Below are positions 37,180-46,224 of a stretch of 64,000 bases of DNA, one piece after another. The notes beneath the pieces are model-generated. The model was not told the DNA's origin. It did no database searches and saw only the letters and a program-made list of their open reading frames with translations. Origin of the DNA: a bacterium (lineage in GTDB: Bacteria; Patescibacteriota; Microgenomatia; Daviesbacterales; UBA10151); assembly GCA_021786315.1 (NCBI GenBank), contig JAJYNN010000002.1, positions 334,997 to 398,996 of the forward strand. The letters are read 5' to 3'. Both the position numbers and the translations under genes were made by a program. Position 1 is the stretch's first letter, and every line of letters begins with the position of its first letter.

Positions 37180-38403
37180 ATGGAAACAATAGGTGATTAT
37201 GTTCATGAATGGGGTGGAAAACAGGCTTACCCCTGTCGAACCACTATTGACGATGAAACCTTCCGCGACGGGAGTCAGGCCTCTTATGTGCTGCAGCCCA
37301 CACTGGAAGAGAAGCAAACTGCGCTGCATATCATGGATGAGATTGGTATTGAGCATGCGGATATTGGTTTCCCCAGAAATGGTGAAACCGAGCTTGCTGA
37401 TGTGGTTGGGCTGGTCAGATACAAGCAGCGGAATGGTTTGAAAATTCAGTTAAGTTGTGCGGGAAGGACATTGGAAGAGGATGTCCAGTCTATTATTCAG
37501 GCTTCAGAAGCGGGGGGAGAGGCACTAAGGGCGGATCTTTTTATTGGGTCATCTGAGATCAGAAAACTGGCGGAAGATTGGGATTTAGTCAACCAGATGA
37601 TCCCTAATGTCAGAAAAAGTGTCACTTTGGCCGTAAAGGCGGGTTTGCCGGTGATGTTTGTAACTGAGGATACAACCAGGGCACATCCGGAAACTCTCCG
37701 TATACTTTATTCTGAGGCTATTAACTGTGGCGCGACTAGGATTTGTGTAGCGGATACTGTAGGGTATGCTACTCCACATAAAACTGCTGCTTTATTGGAG
37801 TTTACTAAAAAGGAGATCATCAAAGGCCAGGATATTAAGGTGGATTGGCATGGACACCGGGATCAGGGTTTAGCTTTAGCTAATGCGATAGCAGCTTTGA
37901 CTGCCGGTGTGGATTGTATTCACGCCACTGCCGGAGGGGTCGGAGAAAGGGCGGGTAATTTAGAGATGCATCTTCTCTTAAACTACCTCGTCCGCGAAAA
38001 TATTAATAACTATAATCTGAATCTACTTACTGAGTACTCTCAGTTTATGTCTAAAATTACCGGGGTTTCTATCCCGGTAAATGAGCCTTTAGTTGGGGAA
38101 GGTTCACTGGAGACTGCTTCCGGTGTCCACGCAGCGGCCATTCTAAACGCCCAAAAACACGGGCGTCCGGATTTGGCTGGAATTGTCTATTTTCCTTTTG
38201 ATCCGACAACGATTGGGCGCCGCATGGATATTAAAATCTCCCGCAAAAGCGGTCGGGCAAATGCCGTTCTGGTTTTAAAGGAGATGTTTAACGATGGCAC
38301 CGAAGATGAGGTTCAGGCTCTTTTGGCCGCCGCCCAAACAAGCAACCATTCTTTGTCTGACCAGGAAATCCGTTCAATTGCCAGAAGAGCTAAGAAATCT
38401 TAA
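37180..38403 (+). CDS. leuA: 2-isopropylmalate/homocitrate synthase family (LeuA-like, no C-terminal regulatory domain)
   Basis: DETFRDGSQ, EDTTRA, ADTVG, HGHRDQG, GERAGN, SGVH. Confidence 0.8.
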   Translation: METIGDYVHEWGGKQAYPCRTTIDDETFRDGSQASYVLQPTLEEKQTALHIMDEIGIEHADIGFPRNGETELADVVGLVRYKQRNGLKIQLSCAGRTLEEDVQSIIQASEAGGEALRADLFIGSSEIRKLAEDWDLVNQMIPNVRKSVTLAVKAGLPVMFVTEDTTRAHPETLRILYSEAINCGATRICVADTVGYATPHKTAALLEFTKKEIIKGQDIKVDWHGHRDQGLALANAIAALTAGVDCIHATAGGVGERAGNLEMHLLLNYLVRENINNYNLNLLTEYSQFMSKITGVSIPVNEPLVGEGSLETASGVHAAAILNAQKHGRPDLAGIVYFPFDPTTIGRRMDIKISRKSGRANAVLVLKEMFNDGTEDEVQALLAAAQTSNHSLSDQEIRSIARRAKKS

Positions 38404-40346
38404 AGGTCTTTCGGAGAGCTTATTCGCCCCCGGATTGCGCTGGCAGCTACTACCTCGACATTGGCCAAAAAGGTGTTTCCCTTACCCATCCGTCCATAAA
38501 AGTTACGGTTAGTATCAGAAATAGTGACCTGATTCTCATTGGTTGAAGATCCGGGCCCGGCATTCATACAAGCTCCGCATCCCGGCATTAGTATCCTGGC
38601 TCCGCTTTGTTCAAAGATGTCAAAAAGGCCCAAACTTTTGGCTGTTTGATAAACAGCCCGGGAGTTGGCCTGGACATAAAGCTGGACATTACCGTCAACC
38701 CGTCGCCCATTTAAAATGGCTGCAGCTTTCTGGAGATCCTCTAAGTTGCCTCCGGTGCAGGAACCAATATAGGCAATATCAACAGGGACGCTGTTTTTGA
38801 CCCAGGATAAAGGTACGCCTCTTTGGGGATCGCCGGGCATGGCTACCATTGGCTCCAGCTTATTTAAATCAATATCTATCACATCGGCATACTGGGCGTT
38901 GCGGTCGCTTCGGACAAGTATGCGGGAAATTTCTTCCCGGGATAGTTTGTTTCGCCGTGCCAGGTGGCTAATAGTTTGTTCATTAGGCTCAATGATACCG
39001 GTGTAGGCGTTGCCTTCAATAGACATATTAGTTAAAACAGCCTGCTCGTCAAAGGGAATATCAGAAAGGGCAATTCCTCCAAACTCAAAAACCCGTCCGC
39101 TTCCCAGCCCCGAATCACGCAGCTTGGGCATAGCCAAGATATGCAGTATTAAATCCTTGGCGGTTACCCCGGCAGGCATTCTTCCGGCAATGTTGAACCT
39201 AATTGTTTCCGGGACAACCACGGCGATATCCCCAGTGGCCAATGAGGCCGCAAATTCCGAGGCGCCTTTACCGATAGCAAGCGCGCCTAAAGCTCCCAGA
39301 GTACAGGTGTGAGAGTCGTTCCCTACAATAACTTCACCGGGAAAAACATCATGTTTATGGAGCATCACCGAATGACAGATGCCTTCGACACCCTTATGCG
39401 GATCGTATCGGTAAACTTGGGCTTCTGAAAGGCTGGCAAAGTCATTTTGTAGCTGACGGAAAAATTGACTGGTAGAGTCATTCTCTAAAAGAGCCAGATG
39501 GTCTTCAAAAAAGGTAAAATTTTGTGGGTTGCGGATCCGGTAATCTTCTCCGAATTCTTTCCTCAAAGCGCCGATCCAAAGAGGGGATTGCAGCTCATAG
39601 CCATAACCATGATTGATTTGAATAAAGGCAGTTTGGCCGGGTTGCACATAATCAATACCGGCGGTTTCCTGGCTTTCGGGTTGCTGGACCACATGCCGGG
39701 CAATGATCTTTTCCACCATGGTCATTGGCCGCGCAACAGCACTTTCGGTAGAGAAGCGGGTTTTCCCTTCCAGCCTGGCTTGGGAGAAACCTAATAAACC
39801 TTTATGAAGAAGAATTTCTTTTTGCAAAGGATTTAAGCCGGAGATTAGCTGGTCAAAAGGAATCGGTTCCCGGTTCAGGAATCTTCTTCTGAGTTCCGGA
39901 TGATGGCCGTTAATAGTCATAATCCCATAGTTTTGACAATTTTCATAAAAAATACGTTCAAAACCAGAGGCGAGGACAAATTTAATGCCGCAGGCATCCA
40001 GGGCTAGAGGGGCATGTTCCCGGGAAGAGCCTCTCCCAAAAGATTTTCCGGCAACTACGGCTTCAAACCCGGCTTCCCGCATCTCACCCCGCCGAATTAC
40101 CTGGCTGGTTAATCCTGTAAGAAGATGGTCTCCCAGTTCCTGAGGGGTTCTGGAGGAGTAACAGGCAGCACTGGGGATAATATTATCGGTAGAAATAAAA
40201 TCAATTAAATCACCTTCATCGACATGGGTTAAAACGGATCCTTCCAGCTGGTGCCGGATTAAGTTGGGGTCTTTTGTAAGGAACAGAACTTTTCCCTGAA
40301 GTTTTATGGCTTCATTTTGGGAACCAATTTGTTTTTCCATGTTCAT
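38400..40346 (-). CDS. fused aconitase-family dehydratase (LeuD swivel N-terminal, LeuC C-terminal)
   Basis: ISTD.I.P, FG.GSSREHA, F.RIF..N; then DSHTC, IGSCTGG, PGCGAC, TNRNF.GRMG. Confidence 0.88.
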   Translation of the reverse strand: MNMEKQIGSQNEAIKLQGKVLFLTKDPNLIRHQLEGSVLTHVDEGDLIDFISTDNIIPSAACYSSRTPQELGDHLLTGLTSQVIRRGEMREAGFEAVVAGKSFGRGSSREHAPLALDACGIKFVLASGFERIFYENCQNYGIMTINGHHPELRRRFLNREPIPFDQLISGLNPLQKEILLHKGLLGFSQARLEGKTRFSTESAVARPMTMVEKIIARHVVQQPESQETAGIDYVQPGQTAFIQINHGYGYELQSPLWIGALRKEFGEDYRIRNPQNFTFFEDHLALLENDSTSQFFRQLQNDFASLSEAQVYRYDPHKGVEGICHSVMLHKHDVFPGEVIVGNDSHTCTLGALGALAIGKGASEFAASLATGDIAVVVPETIRFNIAGRMPAGVTAKDLILHILAMPKLRDSGLGSGRVFEFGGIALSDIPFDEQAVLTNMSIEGNAYTGIIEPNEQTISHLARRNKLSREEISRILVRSDRNAQYADVIDIDLNKLEPMVAMPGDPQRGVPLSWVKNSVPVDIAYIGSCTGGNLEDLQKAAAILNGRRVDGNVQLYVQANSRAVYQTAKSLGLFDIFEQSGARILMPGCGACMNAGPGSSTNENQVTISDTNRNFYGRMGKGNTFLANVEVVAASAIRGRISSPKDL

Positions 40347-40415
40347 ACCCTATAATTATACTACTAAGGCTTTGAAATTTCAAATACTATATGCTATAAT
40401 TAATGGTAGTCAAAA

Positions 40416-41291
40416 ATGTTAACTGAACGCAAGAGTTATGAAATACCTCTGCCGGTTAAGTCAGAGGCTATGTTGCTTGATGTTAAAAACCCTCACGATT
40501 TAAGAGTGGCAGCCAGGTTAATGGCTGAAGGCGAGGCAATTATTATGCCGATATGTGGAGTTATGGGATTTGTTTGTGACGCTACCCAGGATCGAGGATG
40601 TGACCAGATCTTTGACCTTAAGGACCGTGATCGTAAACAACAACTCATTACTGCCGGAAGCCAGCTAACCAGGAGCCGCTTAATTGATTACCATAAATTA
40701 AATTCTTCCTGGGAAGGGTTTGACTTCGCCGGTATTTATGATATCCCTACCTTTGTTATCTTTCCTGCACAGGCTGGATTGCCAAGAATATTTATTAAGC
40801 CTGATCTTGAAGATCAGCAAACCGATACGGTGGCTGTTTGGTGGGCGAACTATTACTCAGGGATTAAGAGATTAGAGTCTTTTCTTCAGGAAATACGGCC
40901 TGATGCCTTTATTGGGGGTTCTTCCTGTAACCGCTCCCATCATGAAAGCATTACCAAAAGCGACCAGGCTTTTCGGGAATTTGGTAGAGGAAATGATCGG
41001 GTGGCAGCTATAGTTGTGGACAGTGCCTACGATCGGGGAGAGGGTTTAATTAACGGTTCCCATACCATGCTGCATGTTAGTGGAGACAAGATTAAACCGT
41101 TCCGCCCGGGGAGCGTGCATACTGATAGCTTCAGGACTATTTTAGGAGAACGGTTGGAAGTTCCTGCAGATTTTGAGGATTTACCTTCAGCAGCTCTTTT
41201 GGATGTTGCTCAAATTAGAAAGAACCGCCACTATCTCCGTCCGGAAACATTTTCCCAAAGAATTTTCCGTTTATTCCGGGTAACTGCATAA
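40416..41291 (+). CDS. Sua5/YrdC-like protein (divergent)
   Basis: G..IIMP..V.GF.CDA, IF.LK.R, SS.N.S, RPG. Confidence 0.6.
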   Translation: MLTERKSYEIPLPVKSEAMLLDVKNPHDLRVAARLMAEGEAIIMPICGVMGFVCDATQDRGCDQIFDLKDRDRKQQLITAGSQLTRSRLIDYHKLNSSWEGFDFAGIYDIPTFVIFPAQAGLPRIFIKPDLEDQQTDTVAVWWANYYSGIKRLESFLQEIRPDAFIGGSSCNRSHHESITKSDQAFREFGRGNDRVAAIVVDSAYDRGEGLINGSHTMLHVSGDKIKPFRPGSVHTDSFRTILGERLEVPADFEDLPSAALLDVAQIRKNRHYLRPETFSQRIFRLFRVTA

Positions 41292-41364
41292 TTTAGAGAA
41301 AATTCCCCGGCCGCAATTATCTTACTGAAACTAATAACTAAAAACTGTTATACTTGAATTTAGA

Positions 41365-42852
41365 ATGTCTATCCTCGATATTCTGATTTTTGTGCTGACT
41401 GTCCTGGTTTTGGGAGGACTGTTCTACTACTCGTACAGCCGTAAAGTTGCGGCGACAATTAACACCTCTCATTTGGAAGCGCTTTGGGAAGTGGAGAAAT
41501 TAATTCTCAGCACCCTTAATTTCGAGGAGGTAGCTGAAAAAGTTACTAATGTGATTCTAACTGAGTTAGGTTATATGAAACTGGGTTATCAAATTGTGGT
41601 TTTGGCTTTGCTGGATGAGAAGAGGCAGAAATTAAAAAGAGTGGCCATTTCCCATACCGAGAGTGCCCAGAGGTTTATAGACAGCACCCCGGTTCCGTTC
41701 CAGCAAATAGAGATTTCTACTGATGAGGCTTCAAATATCGCGATTGCAGCCTTGATCGAGAATAAAACCAAGTTTACCAATAAGGTGGCGGATGTTTTGT
41801 ATCCGGTAATCGATGAAAGGTTTGTTGAGGGGTTGCAAAACGAATTAGGAATTAAAACCAGTATGGTGGTGCCGATTGTGCTTGGAAGGGAAGCGATTGG
41901 GGTGCTGATTTTTTCCGCTACTAAGGATGCTGCTAAAATTAGCGAACGGGAGAAGTTAATTATCAGGAGTTTTACCCAGGCCGTAGGTATTTCTATCCAA
42001 AATGCCCGTTTGTTTACTTCCTTAGCTTCAACTACCGATCAGTTAAGAAAGGCCAATATCAAACTTCAGGAATTGGATAAGCTCAAGGATGATTTTGTAT
42101 CTGTTGCTTCCCATGAACTGCGGACCCCGATGACGGCAATTCGTTCTTATACCTGGATGGCCTTAAATAGATCGGATGTGCCTTTATCCGACAAACTAAA
42201 AAGATATTTAAGCCGAACCTTAATTTCCACCGAAAGATTGATTAACTTAGTTAACGATATGTTGAATGTTTCCCGTATTGAGGCGGGAAGGATTGAGATT
42301 CGGCCGAAAGGCTTTGACATGATTGCTTTGGCTAACGATGTATTGGCTGAAGTTTCGGCCAAAGCGGCAGAGAAGGCTTTGAAGGTCCAGGTGGTTCCGT
42401 CCCAAATCCCCCAAGTCTTTGCCGATCCGGATAAAGTGCACCAGGTGCTTTTGAACTTGGTAGGCAACGCCATGAAATTTACGCCAAATGAAGGTTCAAT
42501 CACCATCAGTTTCTTTACTGACGGCAAGGTGGTAGAGACAGGTGTCAAAGATACCGGAACAGGCATTTCTCCCGAAGACCAGGCCAGGCTGTTTAAGAAG
42601 TTTGGAAGGTTGGACAACTCCTATGTGGCGGCAGCCACCACCGGAGGCACCGGTTTGGGGCTCTTTATTTCCAAGAGTTTAATTGATTTAATGCACGGCA
42701 AGATTTGGGCAACTTCGGAAGGCATGGGTAAAGGGGCAACTTTTGCCTTCTCTTTACCAATCGCCACCCCGGAACTTTTGGCGGAAGCGGAAAAGTATGT
42801 CCAAAAAGCTTCCGGAGGCGAGGCCAAGGGCTTGGAACCGGTAGCAATTTAG
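41365..42852 (+). CDS. GAF-domain sensor histidine kinase
   Basis: SHELRTP, NLVGNAMKFT, DTGTGI, GTGLGL. Confidence 0.93.
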   Translation: MSILDILIFVLTVLVLGGLFYYSYSRKVAATINTSHLEALWEVEKLILSTLNFEEVAEKVTNVILTELGYMKLGYQIVVLALLDEKRQKLKRVAISHTESAQRFIDSTPVPFQQIEISTDEASNIAIAALIENKTKFTNKVADVLYPVIDERFVEGLQNELGIKTSMVVPIVLGREAIGVLIFSATKDAAKISEREKLIIRSFTQAVGISIQNARLFTSLASTTDQLRKANIKLQELDKLKDDFVSVASHELRTPMTAIRSYTWMALNRSDVPLSDKLKRYLSRTLISTERLINLVNDMLNVSRIEAGRIEIRPKGFDMIALANDVLAEVSAKAAEKALKVQVVPSQIPQVFADPDKVHQVLLNLVGNAMKFTPNEGSITISFFTDGKVVETGVKDTGTGISPEDQARLFKKFGRLDNSYVAAATTGGTGLGLFISKSLIDLMHGKIWATSEGMGKGATFAFSLPIATPELLAEAEKYVQKASGGEAKGLEPVAI

Positions 42853-42952
42853 AGGAGTCAGAGGAGTCAAACGAGCCAGATGGGTCAGAGGTTTAAGACA
42901 TTTGACTCTTTTGACTCAGGACGACAAAGTCGACCTCGACTCTTTTGACTCA
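42852..42952. repeat. inverted 9-mer array between the kinase and the regulator
   Basis: gaggagtca gaggagtca aacgagcca gatgggtca | tttgactct tttgactca ... ctcgactct tttgactca. Confidence 0.85.
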
Positions 42953-42973
42953 TTTATGATATAAATAATAGCA

Positions 42974-43366
42974 ATGGATAATTCAAAAATTCGCATTTTA
43001 ATTGTTGAAGATGACCAGTTCCTCCGGGATTTTTACCAGGAGCTTTTAACTTCTGAGGGTTATGCAGTGGATGTAGCGGCGGATGGGGAAGTGGCTTTAA
43101 CAAAAATGCGCCAGGGCGGCTGGAACCTGGTTTTGTTGGATATCATGCTTCCCAAAAAAGACGGCTTAAATATTTTAAGGGACCTGAAAGTCCAGGGCCC
43201 GGCTGCTCCCAATGGCCCGATTGTAATGCTGACTAACTTAGGGAATGACACTATTATCAACCAGGCCTTTTCCATGGGGGCTACCGGATATTTAATTAAA
43301 TCTGCCTTAAATCCGGATGAAGTTTTGACTGAGATTCACAGCTTCCTCCAAAAAGCCAATGGTTAA
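42974..43366 (+). CDS. single-domain response regulator
   Basis: ILIVEDD, LLDIMLPKKDG. Confidence 0.92.
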   Translation: MDNSKIRILIVEDDQFLRDFYQELLTSEGYAVDVAADGEVALTKMRQGGWNLVLLDIMLPKKDGLNILRDLKVQGPAAPNGPIVMLTNLGNDTIINQAFSMGATGYLIKSALNPDEVLTEIHSFLQKANG

Positions 43367-44132
43367 AGTCATCTTTGAAGCCCCTTCCTTCCTGGTTTTA
43401 GATAAACCCCCGGGACTTGTTACCACTTCCTCTGAAACCCAGAAAGAGCCTTCCCTGGAGGATATTTTAAAGTCGGAATTTAGGATTAATGTTGATCGCG
43501 GAGGCATAGTTCACCGGTTAGACAAGGATACATCCGGGCTTTTGGTGGTGGCCAAAACCCAAGGTGCTTTGGAAAACCTGCAGGCCCAATTTAAAAACCG
43601 GGAAGTCAAAAAACAATATCTGGCTTTGGTTCACGGGGCCATTACTGAAGCGGGAAAAGTGGAGGTACCCATTGGCAGGAATCCCGGAGACCGGGAAAAA
43701 TTTGTGGCGGACCCAAATGTTCCTAATGCCCGGGAGGCGGTGACACTGTATGAACCGGTGCAAAATTTTCAATTTTCAATTTTCAATTTTCAATCAATCT
43801 TCAATGATTTAAATAAAATTCAAACAAGAAAGTTGGAAAGATCTCAGTATGGAATTTTTACGCTGCTCCGTTGCTATCCTCAAACTGGACGGACGCACCA
43901 AATTAGGGTACATTTAAAATACATCGGATTTCCCATCGTGGGGGACGGGAAATACGGTGGCCGGAAAACGGGCAGGTTAGACCACAGGTGGTGTCCCAGG
44001 CAGTTTCTACACGCTGCCAAGTTAGAGTTTAATGACCCCCAGACTGGAGAAAGATTGAGCTTTGAAAGTGAGCTGCCCGAGGATCTGCAGCAAGTTTTGA
44101 AGCTCCTGCAAGGTGACGCCTTGCACGAGTAA
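43359..44132 (+). CDS. RluA-family pseudouridine synthase
   Basis: DKPPGL, HRLDKDTSG, TGRTHQIRVH, GD.KYG, LHA. Confidence 0.93.
   Translation: MVKVIFEAPSFLVLDKPPGLVTTSSETQKEPSLEDILKSEFRINVDRGGIVHRLDKDTSGLLVVAKTQGALENLQAQFKNREVKKQYLALVHGAITEAGKVEVPIGRNPGDREKFVADPNVPNAREAVTLYEPVQNFQFSIFNFQSIFNDLNKIQTRKLERSQYGIFTLLRCYPQTGRTHQIRVHLKYIGFPIVGDGKYGGRKTGRLDHRWCPRQFLHAAKLEFNDPQTGERLSFESELPEDLQQVLKLLQGDALHE
43764..43806 (+). repeat. (AATTTTC)4-AATC-AATCTTC array in-frame within the RluA-family gene
   Basis: four perfect heptamers; encodes NFQFSIFNFQSIFN. Confidence 0.88.
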
Positions 44133-44133
44133 T

Positions 44134-45852
44134 ATGAGCGGATCAAATGCTTTATTTTTACAACTGGCGGCGGTTTTAGGCCTGGCGGCTGCGGCCGGCA
44201 TGATCACCAAAGTCTTACGTCTGCCCCTGGTGGTGGCCTATCTTTTAACAGGGGTTATTCTCTCGCTTTTGCCCGTTTTTAATATCACCAGTTTTCAAAA
44301 CTTAAGTTTCTTGCCGGATATCGGCATTGCCTTTGTTTTATTTTTTGTGGGTATGGAATTGGATCTACAGGAGATCAGGGCTTTGGGGAAGCCTATTTTA
44401 GTTGGAGCTTTGGGGCAGATTTTAATTGCCTTTTTAACCGGTTTTTACCTATCCACCTTATTCGGTTTCCCGTCCCAGGAAAGCTTTTATCTAGGGGTGG
44501 GGCTTTCCTTTTCCTCCACCATTGTGGTGGTCAAGCTGCTGTTGGAAAAAAGGGACTTGGGCTCGCTTTACGGCAAGCTTTCCTTGGGGATCCTTTTAAT
44601 TGAGGATTTAGTGGCCATCACCATTCTTATGGCCATGACCATACAAAGCTCAGTTTTTCACTTAGGGTTAACAGAAAGCCTGCCTCTTCTAATGTTGATA
44701 GGTAAAGGTATCCTGCTTTTAGGGCTCTCTTTAGGCTTGTCCCGTTATGTTTTAGCTAAGGTTTTTGAAGCCGTTGCCCATTCAGCTGAGCTTTTGTTTC
44801 TTTCATCTTTAGCCTGGTGCTTTATCTTTATCGCTGTCTCACTTGTTTTGGGTTTTTCGGTAGTGATTGGGGCGTTTTTGGCAGGGGTAGCTTTGGCTAA
44901 TTCTCCCTTCCACTTTGAGATTCAGGGGAAAGTCAAACCCTTGCGGGACTTTTTCACCACCCTCTTTTTTGTCTACCTGGGGTCGAAGGTGGTATTTACC
45001 GATGTCGGTTCAATCTGGCCGCTGATTTTGGCCTTTACTGCCTATGCCATGTTGATTAAGCCGGTGGTTTTCCTGCTTATTTTGGGTTGCTTTGGCTTCA
45101 GGAAACACACCATTTTCCAGACAGCCATTAACTTATCCCAGATCTCGGAATTTTCTTTGATTATCATGGTGGTGGGGACTAGGGTGGGGGTGGTTTCCCA
45201 GCCGGCTTTGACCGCGATGGCTTTAACCGGGGTGATTTCCATTATTGCCTCTTCCATCATGATTTCTTATTCCCGGCAAATTTACCGGTACCTTTTACCG
45301 TTCGTTGGTTTCTTTGAACACCGCAGCTTTACCCATCAAACTGAGGACAAAAAGAACGGGAAAGAAATGGAGGACCATGTGATTTTAATCGGCGCCCACC
45401 GGATTGGCGGGGAAGTGTTGAAGTTTTTAAAGCGGGCCAGTATTCCTTTCCTGGTTTTGGATTTTAACCCGGAAGTGGTCCAGAGATTAACCGATGAAAG
45501 GGCCCATGCTTTGTATGGTGATGTGGGAGACCCGGAAATTTTGGAATTTTTGAATCTGGAAAAGGCCAAGCTGGTAATTTCAACAGCGGACAATATCGAT
45601 GATAATTTAGTTTTGGTGGCAGAGTTAAAGAGAAGAAAGGTCAAAGCGGTGACGATGATCCGGGCTTCCTCAGTAACTGATGCTGAACTGCTTTATAAAG
45701 AAGGTGTGGATTATGTAATTTTACCGGAGATTGTTTCCGGGGACTTTGTCTCGGAAGTTTTGCAAAGCCACTGGCCGAATATGAGCTATTTCCGTAACCG
45801 GACAGATGTCGAGCTGCGCAAACTTTCCCGTTCCCACCTGGCCTTTGGGTAA
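44134..45852 (+). CDS. CPA2 cation:proton antiporter with TrkA-N domain (Kef-like)
   Basis: LFFVGMEL, SSTIVVVKLL, EDL, GAF.AG, QISEFS, GAHRIG; ATG at 44134 preferred. Confidence 0.9.
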   Translation: MSGSNALFLQLAAVLGLAAAAGMITKVLRLPLVVAYLLTGVILSLLPVFNITSFQNLSFLPDIGIAFVLFFVGMELDLQEIRALGKPILVGALGQILIAFLTGFYLSTLFGFPSQESFYLGVGLSFSSTIVVVKLLLEKRDLGSLYGKLSLGILLIEDLVAITILMAMTIQSSVFHLGLTESLPLLMLIGKGILLLGLSLGLSRYVLAKVFEAVAHSAELLFLSSLAWCFIFIAVSLVLGFSVVIGAFLAGVALANSPFHFEIQGKVKPLRDFFTTLFFVYLGSKVVFTDVGSIWPLILAFTAYAMLIKPVVFLLILGCFGFRKHTIFQTAINLSQISEFSLIIMVVGTRVGVVSQPALTAMALTGVISIIASSIMISYSRQIYRYLLPFVGFFEHRSFTHQTEDKKNGKEMEDHVILIGAHRIGGEVLKFLKRASIPFLVLDFNPEVVQRLTDERAHALYGDVGDPEILEFLNLEKAKLVISTADNIDDNLVLVAELKRRKVKAVTMIRASSVTDAELLYKEGVDYVILPEIVSGDFVSEVLQSHWPNMSYFRNRTDVELRKLSRSHLAFG

Positions 45853-45891
45853 AGGCTTGATTTGATCCTAAGATTTTCTTACACTGGATAT

Positions 45892-46053
45892 ATGGGGAAG
45901 GTAAAGAAAAACGTCCTGGTTTTTGCCCTGGGTGTTTCGGGTTTATTGCTCACGTTGGCTGGTTTGGGATTAATTCAACTAAGTTCCCCATTAATCCTTT
46001 ATTCTGGTATTGGGCTTTTGGCGCTTACAGCTTTAATGTACTTTTTTGGCTAA
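45892..46053 (+). CDS. small 2-TM membrane protein
   Basis: MGKVKK followed by a hydrophobic hairpin. Confidence 0.55.
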   Translation: MGKVKKNVLVFALGVSGLLLTLAGLGLIQLSSPLILYSGIGLLALTALMYFFG

Positions 46054-46074
46054 AAAGGAGGTGTTTTTTAAAAC

Positions 46075-46209
46075 ATGGGTTCTTTTGGAGGTTATTTTAA
46101 AGGCGAACAAAAAAAGAAGAAAAAAGGACAGGAGAAGGGATCATCTTCCGGGTATGCCCCGGTTTTTACTCCACCCAAAATTATTGAGAAAGGCAAGAAA
46201 GACCGTTAA
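46075..46209 (+). CDS. 44-aa Lys-rich small protein (not in the ORF track)
   Basis: AAGGAGGTG upstream; MGSFGGYFKGEQKKKKKG...FTPPKIIEKGKKDR. Confidence 0.6.
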   Translation: MGSFGGYFKGEQKKKKKGQEKGSSSGYAPVFTPPKIIEKGKKDR

Positions 46210-46224
46210 GGCCTAAAAGTTGTT

